64,000 nucleotides of DNA. It comes from Acidocella sp. (lineage in GTDB: Bacteria; Pseudomonadota; Alphaproteobacteria; Acetobacterales; Acetobacteraceae). Of this stretch, positions 50,042-59,297 are shown one piece after another. The stretch covers positions 23,754 to 87,753 of the forward strand of contig NZ_DAIEIF010000037.1 in the NCBI RefSeq assembly GCF_027352905.1, written 5' to 3'. Numbering within the stretch: position 1 is the stretch's first letter; each line of letters begins with the position of its first letter. Under the pieces are notes generated by a model. That model did not search any database and was not told where the DNA came from. It saw only the letters and a list, made by a program, of their open reading frames with translations. Both the position numbers and the translations under genes were made by a program.

Positions 50042-50620
50042 ATGTTGCGCCGTCTTTATGCCTGGGTGCTCTCCTTAAGCGCCAGGCCCGCCGCGCCGCT
50101 CTGGCTGTTTTTGCTGGCCATGGCGGAGGCGAGCTTTTTCCCGCTGCCTCCGGATATATTATTGATCCCCATGGCGCTGGCCCGGCCCCGCCGCGCCATG
50201 GCCTTCGCCGCCCTCGCCACTCTCGGCAGCGTGCTGGGGGGCGCCATCGGCTATGCCATCGGCTATGCCTTGTTCAACCAGCTGGCACAGCCGATCATCC
50301 ATTTCTATCATTATGAGCAAGGCTTCGCGGCGTTTCAGCGCAAATTCGCCGAATACGGCGCGGCGATCATCCTCATCAAGGGGCTGACGCCCATCCCCTA
50401 TAAAATCATCACCATCGCCGCCGGCGCGGCCAAATTCAATTTCGCCGTCTTCATGGGGCTCAGCCTGGTCACGCGCGGGGCACGCTTTTTTCTCGAAGCC
50501 GTACTGTTGCGCCTGTTTGGAGAACCGGCGCGGGACTTCATCGAACGCCGGCTGGAACTCATCACCGGCCTATTTGCCGTGCTCCTGATCGGCGGCTTTC
50601 TGCTGTTGAAATTCGCCTGA
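50042..50620 (+). CDS. YqaA/DedA-family membrane protein
   Basis: AMAEASFFPLPPD, TLGSVLGGAIGY, GLTPIPYKIITIAAG, RGARFFL. Confidence 0.9.
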   Translation: MLRRLYAWVLSLSARPAAPLWLFLLAMAEASFFPLPPDILLIPMALARPRRAMAFAALATLGSVLGGAIGYAIGYALFNQLAQPIIHFYHYEQGFAAFQRKFAEYGAAIILIKGLTPIPYKIITIAAGAAKFNFAVFMGLSLVTRGARFFLEAVLLRLFGEPARDFIERRLELITGLFAVLLIGGFLLLKFA

Positions 50621-50629
50621 CTCGCCGGC

Positions 50630-51004
50630 CTATTGCAGCAGGGTCGGCTGTTCCATCGTCTGCGGCATCAGCATGGTACGCTGGTCGAGGGATTGGAACA
50701 TCCACACCGTCAGCCCGACGGTGATGATAAAGAGCGGCATGGTCAGCATGAGCGCGACGCTCTTCCATATTTGCGAGCGGGAAATGTCGAGCCCGTAATA
50801 CAAAACCGCCTGGGAAACCAGCGCCAGCAAGGCCAGCCCCCCCACCAGCCCCAAATAGGTTTCGTAAGGCTGGTCATGACGCAGGGTAACGACCAGCGCA
50901 GCGCCCATCAGAGCCGTGGTGCTGATGAAACCGGCGATATAGCGCAAGACGCCGCCCTGCGCGACCTCGGGGTGGGTGAGAGGATCAGAATGAGCGCCGG
51001 CCAT
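50630..51004 (-). CDS. cyoD: Quinol oxidase subunit IV
   Basis: YIAGFISTTALM, three TMs, GLTVWMFQSLDQRTM; position after cyoC. Confidence 0.8.
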   Translation of the reverse strand: MAGAHSDPLTHPEVAQGGVLRYIAGFISTTALMGAALVVTLRHDQPYETYLGLVGGLALLALVSQAVLYYGLDISRSQIWKSVALMLTMPLFIITVGLTVWMFQSLDQRTMLMPQTMEQPTLLQ

Positions 51005-51006
51005 GA

Positions 51007-51630
51007 TCAGGCTCCAATCATGTAGACATAAACATAGACACAGACCCAGACCGTTGCCTGGAACTGCCAGAACATGCGCAGATTGAGCAGCCGCGCCACC
51101 ACCATCTCATTGAAACCGAGACGGACGATCTGCGCCAGCATCACCAGCATCCAGAGAATGCCGAACACCATATGGACGGCATGGGTGAGAATCAGCACCC
51201 AATAGGCGGAGAGATAGCCGGACCGGCTGATGCCAGCGCCATGAGCCGCAAGGGCCGCGAGATCACCGAAACCGAAGCCGAGGAACACGATGGCCAGGAG
51301 GATGGCGCCGAGAATGCCCCAGACCAGCCCGGCGCGATGACCCGACTTCATCGCCACCGTGCCCAGGCTGTAGGAGGTGACGGAGCCTAGAATGACCACC
51401 GTCTGCCAGAACCCCTCGATAGGGTTGACAATCTGCGAGGCCACCGGTCCGCCCGCCGCGTTCATCGGCGTGTCCAGCACCGCATAGGCGGCGAAAAGCG
51501 CCGTGAACAGCAGCGCATCGCTCAACATATAGAGCCAGAACCCCAGGGTCCGGCCGGAAATCTGGCTATGCCCGGCATAGCCCGGATAAAACAGGCGCGC
51601 CTGGGCGCCAGGAGCGGCTTGCTCGGCCAT
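51007..51630 (-). CDS. cyoC: Quinol oxidase subunit III
   Basis: GFWLYMLSDALLF, SGYLSAYWVLILTHAVH, FWQFQATVWVCVY. Confidence 0.92.
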   Translation of the reverse strand: MAEQAAPGAQARLFYPGYAGHSQISGRTLGFWLYMLSDALLFTALFAAYAVLDTPMNAAGGPVASQIVNPIEGFWQTVVILGSVTSYSLGTVAMKSGHRAGLVWGILGAILLAIVFLGFGFGDLAALAAHGAGISRSGYLSAYWVLILTHAVHMVFGILWMLVMLAQIVRLGFNEMVVARLLNLRMFWQFQATVWVCVYVYVYMIGA

Positions 51631-53699
51631 CAATGCGCCTCCGCGGGGATGGAAGAGTGGGAGCGATCCGGCTGCTCGGCGATGATCGCGCCGATGGCAA
51701 GGTTGGTCTCCATCGCCTCGATCTCCTCGGGCTGGAGATAATAGCCTTCATTCTTGTCGAAGGAGCGGATGATGACGCAGACGATGATACCCGCGAGGGA
51801 CAGCCCCGCCAGCCACCAGATGCGCCAGATCATCGCAAAGCCCCACACCCCGGCCAGCGCGCCAATGATGACCGGCAAGGCCGAGTTGCTCGGCATGTGA
51901 ATCGCCTCGTAGCGGTCCGGCTTGGCCTGGTCCAACCCATGCTCCCGCCGCCAGGCCAGCTCATCTCGCATATTCACCTGGGGCGTGACGGCGAAGTTGT
52001 AAAATGGCACCGGCGTATGGGTGAGCCATTCCAGCGTGCGCGCCGTCGGCCAGGGCTGCGCGAGGCGGGTCTTCGCCCGGTCGCGGATGGAGACCGCGAG
52101 CATGATGACGAAACAGACGATCGAGACGACATAGAGCATGATGCCGAACTCCTCGACGATCAGCATCGGTTTCCAGGCGGGGTCGAAGGTCCAATCCAGC
52201 CGGCGCGTCTCGCCTTCAAAGCCGAGCGCGAACATCGCCGCGAAGGTGATCACCGTGCCGAGCGTGAAGACCCAAAAGAACGCCTTGCCCCAGCCTTCAT
52301 CCAGCTTGAAGCCGAACAGCTTGGGGAACCAGTAGGTCACCCCCGCGAAGGCGGCGGCGACGACCAGCAGCACCATGCAGTGGAAATGGGCGACGAGGAA
52401 CACGCTGTCATGGACGGTATAGTTGATCGCCGGAAGTGCCAGCATCATGCCGGTAAGCCCGCCCGCGAGCAGCAGGAACAGACCAAAGAGCGCCCACAGC
52501 ATCGGCACGCTGAAATGGATGCGTCCCCGATAGAGGGTAAAAGCCCAGTTGAACACTTTCACGCCGGTGGGAATGCCGACCAGCATGGTGGCGACGGAGA
52601 AGAAGCCATTGATATCCGGCCCCGCCCCCATGGTGAAGAAATGGTGCAGCCAGACCAGCCAGGAGATGCCCGCGATGGCGAAGGTCGCCGCCACCATGGT
52701 CACGTAACCAAAGAGGGGCTTTTCGGAAAATGTCGGTACCACCTCCGAGAGAATGCCGAAGACCGGCAGGATGAGAAAATACACCTCCGGATGGCCCCAG
52801 ATCCAAAACAAATTGGTGTAGAGCATCAGGTTGCCGCCATTGCCGGCGGTGAAGAAATGGGCGCCGAGATAACGGTCCGCCCCCAGCAGCGCCAGCGCGA
52901 CGCCCAGCACGGGAAAGGCGGTGAGGGCGATGATGTTGCTGGACAGCGTGGTCCAGCTGAACACGGGCAGGCGGAACCAGGACATGCCGGGAGCGCGCAT
53001 CTCCACGATGGTGGTGATCATGTTGATCGCGTTCAGCGTGGTGCCGACGGATGAGATCTGGATGGCCCACATCCAGTAATCCACGCCGGTGCCGGGCGAG
53101 AAAGGCAGCTCGGTGAGCGGGATCAACCCCACCCAGCCAGCGGCGGAAAAATCACCGACGAAGAGCGAGAGCATCACCAGCGCCGCCCCAGCCGTGGTCA
53201 GCCAAAGGCTGAGAGCGTTCATATAAGGAAAGGCCATGTCGCGGGCGCCGATCTGCAACGGAACCACGATATTCTGGAACCCGGTGAGGATGGGTGTCGC
53301 CGCGAACAGGATCATGATGGTGCCATGCGCGGAATAGACCTGGTCGAAATGGTAGGGCGGCAGGAACCCATGCTGCGCGCCCATGATGCCTGGCGCGTTC
53401 GGCCCGTTGGCCAGCACCTGCTGGGTGCGCATCATTAAGCCGTCGACAAAGCCGCGGAACAGCATGACGAGCCCGACAACGATATACATCACGCCGATTT
53501 TCTTATGATCGACCGTCGTCAGCCACTCGCGCCAAAGATAACCGGCCTTCCTGAAGTAAAGGACGCAGAAGACGACCGCGAGCCCGATCACCACCACGCC
53601 GGCGAAGGTCCACTGCAAAATAGGGACCTGATAGGGAATCTGGTCGAGGGTGAGGCGGCCAAGGAGCGGCGACCAAGGGCCGGGAAGCTGTGCTTGCAT
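51630..53699 (-). CDS. cyoB: Heme-copper quinol oxidase subunit I
   Basis: TTVDHKKIG, RGFVD and YHFDQ quinol site, AHGTIM, GARDMAFP, WGHPEVY, WLHHFFTMG, PTGVK, AHFH, TRR. Confidence 0.96.
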   Translation of the reverse strand: MQAQLPGPWSPLLGRLTLDQIPYQVPILQWTFAGVVVIGLAVVFCVLYFRKAGYLWREWLTTVDHKKIGVMYIVVGLVMLFRGFVDGLMMRTQQVLANGPNAPGIMGAQHGFLPPYHFDQVYSAHGTIMILFAATPILTGFQNIVVPLQIGARDMAFPYMNALSLWLTTAGAALVMLSLFVGDFSAAGWVGLIPLTELPFSPGTGVDYWMWAIQISSVGTTLNAINMITTIVEMRAPGMSWFRLPVFSWTTLSSNIIALTAFPVLGVALALLGADRYLGAHFFTAGNGGNLMLYTNLFWIWGHPEVYFLILPVFGILSEVVPTFSEKPLFGYVTMVAATFAIAGISWLVWLHHFFTMGAGPDINGFFSVATMLVGIPTGVKVFNWAFTLYRGRIHFSVPMLWALFGLFLLLAGGLTGMMLALPAINYTVHDSVFLVAHFHCMVLLVVAAAFAGVTYWFPKLFGFKLDEGWGKAFFWVFTLGTVITFAAMFALGFEGETRRLDWTFDPAWKPMLIVEEFGIMLYVVSIVCFVIMLAVSIRDRAKTRLAQPWPTARTLEWLTHTPVPFYNFAVTPQVNMRDELAWRREHGLDQAKPDRYEAIHMPSNSALPVIIGALAGVWGFAMIWRIWWLAGLSLAGIIVCVIIRSFDKNEGYYLQPEEIEAMETNLAIGAIIAEQPDRSHSSIPAEAH

Positions 53700-53717
53700 G
53701 ATCTGACCTTCCTTCGC

Positions 53718-54680
53718 TTACTTCACGTTCGGCCCAGGGGGCGTGACGAGCTTCGCATGCTCGTTGGAGCCGATGCTTTTGCTCAGCTCGTCAGAGACGG
53801 GATAGACGACCCCCGCCTGGGCGGCGGCCACCACCTTCTCGAAGAGGCCCGGCTCAGGATCCGAGAAATATGACACCTTCGCGCCCTCGTTCACCTGAGG
53901 CTGGGCAATTTTCTGGAACGCGGCATAGCTCAGCTGGTTGGGGCTGGCAGCGGCCTTTTGCGCCCAGGCCGTGAAATCATCCGGCGTGACGATATGGGTG
54001 GCGAACTGCATCCAGGAAAAACCCGCGCCCGAAAAATCCGCGGCAAAGCCGGTGTAATCCCCCAGCTTCGGTGTGTCGAAAGTCGTCATCGTCCGCATGC
54101 CCGGCATCACCGCGATCATGGTGACGAGCTGCGGGACGAAGATATCATTGGAAACCGAGGTGGAGGTCAGGCGCAGCCTGACGACGCTTCCCTGCGGCAC
54201 CACCAGCTCATCGATCGTGGCAAGATGCTGCTGGGGATAGACGAACACCCATTGCCAATCTGTCGCGATCACGTCCACGGTCAGCACATTTTGCGGCCCG
54301 GCCTTGGCCTGGGTCAGGCCGGGGTTGTAGGGCTCGACCGCATAGATCGTCTTCACCGAATAATAGCCGAGCCCAGCCACCACCAGGAAGGGAATACCCC
54401 AGACCAGAAATTCAAGCACCGTATTGTGAGACCAATGCGGATCGTAGGCGCCGTTCGCTCCCTTGCGGTAACGCCAGATGAAAATCCCCACCGCCAGCAG
54501 CACCGGCACGATGATCAGCAGCATTACCACCACATCGACGAGAGTGGCGTGCCATTCCTGGGTCGCCACCATGTTCATGGGATGGAAGAGCCGGTAATCC
54601 CCGGTGGAGCAGGCGGCAAGCGCCAGAAGCGGCGGCAGAGTGAGATGCGGTTTCAGTCTCAAAGGCGGCCTCGCATGCAA
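53718..54680 (-). CDS. cyoA: Quinol oxidase subunit II (lipoprotein, no CuA)
   Basis: Lipobox LAAC, YDPHWSH..LEFLVW, DWQWVFVYP, LTSTSVSNDIFVPQL, GAGFSWMQF. Confidence 0.93.
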   Translation of the reverse strand: MHARPPLRLKPHLTLPPLLALAACSTGDYRLFHPMNMVATQEWHATLVDVVVMLLIIVPVLLAVGIFIWRYRKGANGAYDPHWSHNTVLEFLVWGIPFLVVAGLGYYSVKTIYAVEPYNPGLTQAKAGPQNVLTVDVIATDWQWVFVYPQQHLATIDELVVPQGSVVRLRLTSTSVSNDIFVPQLVTMIAVMPGMRTMTTFDTPKLGDYTGFAADFSGAGFSWMQFATHIVTPDDFTAWAQKAAASPNQLSYAAFQKIAQPQVNEGAKVSYFSDPEPGLFEKVVAAAQAGVVYPVSDELSKSIGSNEHAKLVTPPGPNVK

Positions 54681-54783
54681 AAAGACAGTTGGGGGCCCGG
54701 CGAACTTGCCGGTTGTTATTGACTTAACTTCGCGGCGTGGCGCGCCTGAGCAAGTTTTGCCCTACCTTTAATGCGATTGCGGC

Positions 54784-54798
54784 GCGGCGAAAAGTCCC
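54784..54798. promoter_or_regulatory. RegA/RegR/ActR-like box upstream of cyoA
   Basis: GCGGC-GAAAA-GTCCC, one mismatch to GCGGC-N5-GTCGC. Confidence 0.4.
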
Positions 54799-54877
54799 GG
54801 CCCGTCATTCCAAGCAAAGCTGTAATGCAAAGCGGCCGTCACTCCCGCCCCCGCTTGGACCAATTAGCTAGAATCGA

Positions 54878-55726
54878 TTAGGATTTTTCGATCAGACGCC
54901 GGTAGAGATGCCAGCTGCCATGGCCCAAAATCGGCACGGTGATCGCCAGCCCTAACAAGCCCGGCAGCGCGCCCAGGACGAGCAGCACGATCACTGCCGC
55001 CCCCCAGGCCAGGGTTACGCCAGGATTGGCGGTGGCGGTGCGGATGGAGGTGCCGATCACCCGGGCGAGGGACATCCGCCGGTCCAAGGCGAGTTGAAAC
55101 CCCACCAAGCCGACCGCCAGCGCCAGCAGGGCGAAGCAGGCGCCCACCAGCACGCCGACGATGATCATCTCGTGCCCCGCGGTGGTGGTGAAAACATTAT
55201 GAAAGAAGCCCTGGCCCGTATCCGGGGCGCTGCCCAGCGTGAGGCCATAAATAATACCGGCGGCCGCGACCCAAAGCAGAAAGAGCAGGATGAGCAGTGC
55301 CGCCAGCCCGCGTATGACCGGCAGGCGCTGCGAATCGAAGATCGCGGCGGCGGCGTCGGCGGTGGCGATACCGTCCAGCTCCCTCTGGCGGCTCAAGGCG
55401 GCGAACCAGATGGTGGCGACCGGACCGATCAGCGCGACACCGGCGCAAACGGGAAACACGAAGGGCAGCAGGCGCTCGTCGAGAATCACGCCAGCGAGCA
55501 GCACGCCCGCCAGGGGATAGATCACCACCATCACCAGCACATCGGTCCGGCAGGCCAGCCAGTCCCGCGCGCCATCGGCCAACGCGCCACTCACATCGCC
55601 CAGCGAGGCCTTGCGGATCCGCACCGGCCCCGTGGCCGGCTCGGGATGGGTGGTTCGCGGATATTGCTGGTCACCAGGATAGTTTTTCGTGGAACCGCTC
55701 ACGGTCGAAGTCACTGCCATTCCCAT
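54878..55726 (-). CDS. DUF2189-family membrane protein
   Basis: ALADGARDW, LIGPVATIWFAALSR, LAWGAAV, PILGHGSWHLYRRLI. Confidence 0.85.
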   Translation of the reverse strand: MGMAVTSTVSGSTKNYPGDQQYPRTTHPEPATGPVRIRKASLGDVSGALADGARDWLACRTDVLVMVVIYPLAGVLLAGVILDERLLPFVFPVCAGVALIGPVATIWFAALSRQRELDGIATADAAAAIFDSQRLPVIRGLAALLILLFLLWVAAAGIIYGLTLGSAPDTGQGFFHNVFTTTAGHEMIIVGVLVGACFALLALAVGLVGFQLALDRRMSLARVIGTSIRTATANPGVTLAWGAAVIVLLVLGALPGLLGLAITVPILGHGSWHLYRRLIEKS

Positions 55727-55928
55727 TCTCCCATCTTACCGCCTGGCGGCGCAGGCGTCCGTCTCTTTTCCTTAGTTAAGCCTGTTTTCGCCAAATCAAC
55801 CAGAAAAAAACACCCCCGCCCGCCAGCGTCTCTCCGGACTTTGTCGTTCACTCCGATAAACCATATAGTCTAACGCGAACCGGCCGCCTCAACTTCCCGG
55901 CTGGCCCGAATAACCGGAAGGACATAAT

Positions 55929-56642
55929 ATGGCCGCCGTCACCCCTCCGCAACGCGTCCTGGTCATCGATATTGGCGGGACCGGCATCAAGGCGGCGCTA
56001 TTGGATGCGGATGGCAACCCTTTGGCGGACCGCCGCCGCTGTCCCACCCCGCCTCAGGCCACCCCTCCCGAATTGCTAAAAAGCGTCGAGACCCTCATCC
56101 AACCTTTCGGCGATTTCGACGCCCTCTCTTTCGGTTTTCCCGGCGCCATCAAGAACGGGGTGATCCTCACCGCCCCTAACCTCGGCACCCAGAACTGGGC
56201 GGGCACCAGGCTCGCCCAACTGGCCGAGCAACGGTTCCACCGGCCCGCGCGCCTGGTCAACGATGCGACGCTGCATGGGCTCGGCCTCATCGCCGGCCAG
56301 GGAATCGAGGTGGCGCTGACCCTGGGCACCGGGATGGGCTTCGCGCTCTTCAGCGATGGCATCCCCGCGCCGCAGATTGAATTGGGCCGTCATCCGGCCA
56401 GCCGCGCCCCCACTTATGACGATTTCGTGGGCGACGCCGCGCTGAAACGAGCCGGCGAGGCGGCCTGGAAGGATCATGTGCAGGAGACCCTCAGCCGTAT
56501 CGCCGCCCTGGTCAATTTCGACCGGCTTTATCTCGGCGGCGGTAATGCGCGGCTATTCAGCCCGGCGGAACTACCGGAAAACGTCCGCCTGGCGAATAAT
56601 GAAACCGGGCTGACCGGCGGCGCGCGGCTCTGGCGGGTCTAG
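55929..56642 (+). CDS. ROK-family sugar kinase (polyphosphate glucokinase-like)
   Basis: IDIGGTGIK, GFPG, NDA, LTLGTGMG, ELGRH, LYLGGGN; no zinc-Cys motif. Confidence 0.85.
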   Translation: MAAVTPPQRVLVIDIGGTGIKAALLDADGNPLADRRRCPTPPQATPPELLKSVETLIQPFGDFDALSFGFPGAIKNGVILTAPNLGTQNWAGTRLAQLAEQRFHRPARLVNDATLHGLGLIAGQGIEVALTLGTGMGFALFSDGIPAPQIELGRHPASRAPTYDDFVGDAALKRAGEAAWKDHVQETLSRIAALVNFDRLYLGGGNARLFSPAELPENVRLANNETGLTGGARLWRV

Positions 56643-56660
56643 CGCCGCGCCCGCCTTTCC

Positions 56661-58208
56661 CTAACCGCCATTGCCGCCGCCGCCGCCCAAGGAAATTCCG
56701 ACGAAGAGCGCCTGGCCCTGGCGGACGATCCGCAAGGCCACCGCCCCTGCCCCGGCCTTACGGGCGGCGTTGATGGCGGCGATGGCGTCATCCGGGCTGC
56801 TCACATCGGTGCCGCCCACGCCCACCAGCAGGTCGCCCGGCTGCAACCCGGCCTGGTCGGCGAGAGAATTGGGCCGCACCCCCACGATCACCGCCCCGCT
56901 CGCGTCATCGGGCAGGTTGAGCTGTCTGCGCAAATCCGGGGTCAGCGGCGCCAGGGTAAGGCCCAGCGCGCCTTGCTGCGGCCCGGCTTGCTGGCTGCCG
57001 CTGCCCTGCTGAAAACTGGCATCGGGATTGGCCGGCATTTCCACCACCTGGGCGGTGACGCTGCGCTGCTGCCCCCCCCGCAGATATTTGATCTCGGCTT
57101 TGCCGTTGGGGTCGATATTGGCGATATCGGCGGCAAGATCGCCAGGGTCCCTGACCGTCTGGCCATTCACCGCGATGATGACATCCCCCGGTTTCAACCC
57201 GGCCTTCGCCGCCGGGCTGTTGGGCGCGATGGCGGCCACCAGCGCACCATCCTTATTGGGGTTGGCGCCCGGCAATTTCAGCGCCTGCGCCATTTGCGGA
57301 GTGATCTGCTGGGCTGAAACGCCGAGGAAGCCGCGCCTGACCTTGCCGGTCTGGATCAACTGCGTCACGACACGGTTGATCGTATCGGAGGGAATGGCGA
57401 ACCCGATGCCGACCGACCCGCCAGAAGGTGAAAGGATGGCGGTGTTGATACCGATGACCTGCCCCTTCTGGTTGAAGAGCGGCCCGCCGGAGTTACCCTC
57501 GTTGATCGGCGCGTCGGTCTGAATGAAGCGGTCATAGGGGCCATCGCCTATATCCCGCCCCAAGGCCGAGATGACGCCGGTGGTGACCGTGTTGCCGAGG
57601 CCGAAGGGATTTCCCATCGCGATCACCCATTGTCCCACGGCCACGTCGTTGGAGGAGCCCAGCTCCACATAGGCCAGCGGGTGCCCGGCCTCGATCTTCA
57701 GCACGGCGATATCGGTTTTGGCGTCATGACCGATCACCTTGGCGACATAAATATCGCCGTCATCCAGCGTCACCGTCACCTTTTTGGCGCCCTTCACCAC
57801 ATGGTCATTGGTGACGATCGTGCCGTTGGCATTAATGATGAACCCCGAGCCTTTGGCCTCCACCGCTTGCGGCGTCTGAGGCGGGCCAAAGCCGAAGCCG
57901 AAGGGAAACCCTGGCGGAAACCCTGGAATCTGGGGAAAGCCGGGCGGCAGCCCATTCGCGGGTGGACCGCTATCATCGCCACCCGATGTCTGGTCAAGCT
58001 TAAGCTTCACATCCACCGAGACCACCGCGGGCGCCACCTGCTTCACCAAGGCGGAAAAATCCGGCACGGGTGTGTAATTTTGCTGCGCCGCCTGGGTGGC
58101 ATCCAGCGAGCCGTCAGCGGCAGCAGCCGGCAGCGCGGCGGCGCCGGCGAGCGCGGTGGCTCCGAGCAGGGTTAGGGCGAATGCCGCGCGGGCACGTAAT
58201 GTCGTCAT
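56661..58208 (-). CDS. degP: DegP/HtrA serine protease with two PDZ domains
   Basis: Signal peptide, GSGFII, TNDHVV, TDIAVLK, QTDAPINEGNSGGP, two SPA/SLA-AGL.PGD PDZ domains. Confidence 0.93.
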   Translation of the reverse strand: MTTLRARAAFALTLLGATALAGAAALPAAAADGSLDATQAAQQNYTPVPDFSALVKQVAPAVVSVDVKLKLDQTSGGDDSGPPANGLPPGFPQIPGFPPGFPFGFGFGPPQTPQAVEAKGSGFIINANGTIVTNDHVVKGAKKVTVTLDDGDIYVAKVIGHDAKTDIAVLKIEAGHPLAYVELGSSNDVAVGQWVIAMGNPFGLGNTVTTGVISALGRDIGDGPYDRFIQTDAPINEGNSGGPLFNQKGQVIGINTAILSPSGGSVGIGFAIPSDTINRVVTQLIQTGKVRRGFLGVSAQQITPQMAQALKLPGANPNKDGALVAAIAPNSPAAKAGLKPGDVIIAVNGQTVRDPGDLAADIANIDPNGKAEIKYLRGGQQRSVTAQVVEMPANPDASFQQGSGSQQAGPQQGALGLTLAPLTPDLRRQLNLPDDASGAVIVGVRPNSLADQAGLQPGDLLVGVGGTDVSSPDDAIAAINAARKAGAGAVALRIVRQGQALFVGISLGGGGGNGG

Positions 58209-58285
58209 CCTTTTTCTCCTGCGTCAGGGGCGATAATCGCTCAGGGGTTCCGTGGCTTGAATGACACAGGGCGAGCGTATCCTCA

Positions 58286-58310
58286 ATTGTAACAGGCGTG
58301 GGGTTACATT
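58286..58310. promoter_or_regulatory. Palindrome upstream of degP
   Basis: TGTAAC(58288-58293)-N9-GTTACA(58303-58308) with AT flanks. Confidence 0.5.
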
Positions 58311-58339
58311 TCTTCACCGCCAGCCAAGGCCGTCTATCC

Positions 58340-59209
58340 TCACCGGTGCATCAGAACGGGTATCCGGGCATGTTCCAGCACATGGCGGGTAATCCCGCCC
58401 AGGATCAGCTGACGCAGGCGGGAGGCGGTGGAATAGGCGCCCATCGCCAGGAGATCGGCGCCGAATTCTTCGGCCGCCGCGAGCAGTCCCGCGCCGGTAT
58501 CCCGGTCCCGCGGCATGAAGGCGGCAATCTCGGCCTCTACGCCATGGTGAAGAATATAATCCCGCACATCCTCAGCGCCGGGACCAGGACGGCTATACTC
58601 GTCCGAAACCAAAATCCGCACCGCCCGGGCCTGCCGGATGAAAGGCATGGCCGAGGCCAGGGCGGCGGCGGCATGGGCGGTGCCGTTCCAGCCAACCGCC
58701 ACACGGCTGCCGATACTGGGCGGCGGCAGCACCGGCGCCAGCAGCACCGGCCGGCCGGAATCGAACAGCACGGCGTGCAGCGCCTCCGCCGCGGCCACGT
58801 CTTCTCCTGCCAGCGGGTGCGGCACCACGGTCAGGTCCGCCAGCCGCGCCCGGTGCGCCACGAGCCTCTCCTCCGCGCCGGTCATGATGAGGAAACTGGC
58901 GCTCGGCTCATTGGCGCCACGCAAAGGCGGCCCCACCGGAATGCCGGTCTCTTCCGTGGCCCGGGCAAAGAGTTCCAGCAATCCGCCGATGCGCGCATTA
59001 TCCTCACGCTCCGCCGCGGTCATCATGTCCCCGATCATCACGCTGGAAACGCCTTCGCCCAGATAGGGGGTGATGCCCTGCGGGCCCGGACTGACATGCA
59101 GCACTTCGAGATGCGCGTTCCACATACGCGCGAGAAGGAGTCCGGCCCGCAATGCCCCCGCCGCCGATTCAGACCCGCTCACCGGCACGAGAAATTTACG
59201 TACAGACAT
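58340..59209 (-). CDS. Tandem-domain universal stress protein
   Basis: FLVPVSGS, ARLADLTV, SGRPVLL, VAVGWNG..HAAAA, ADLLAMGAYS..LRQLILGGITR. Confidence 0.9.
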   Translation of the reverse strand: MSVRKFLVPVSGSESAAGALRAGLLLARMWNAHLEVLHVSPGPQGITPYLGEGVSSVMIGDMMTAAEREDNARIGGLLELFARATEETGIPVGPPLRGANEPSASFLIMTGAEERLVAHRARLADLTVVPHPLAGEDVAAAEALHAVLFDSGRPVLLAPVLPPPSIGSRVAVGWNGTAHAAAALASAMPFIRQARAVRILVSDEYSRPGPGAEDVRDYILHHGVEAEIAAFMPRDRDTGAGLLAAAEEFGADLLAMGAYSTASRLRQLILGGITRHVLEHARIPVLMHR

Positions 59210-59297
59210 TCAGGCTCCGTCTCGCTCAGGACATGCTGAGCCATTTTTGGCCCGCAACGGCATAAAGGGCAATGATTTTCGCCCTATGCGCCGGGCC

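Noticed and set aside
51633-53054. 473-aa plus-strand ORF
   Set aside because: Antisense shadow of cyoB.
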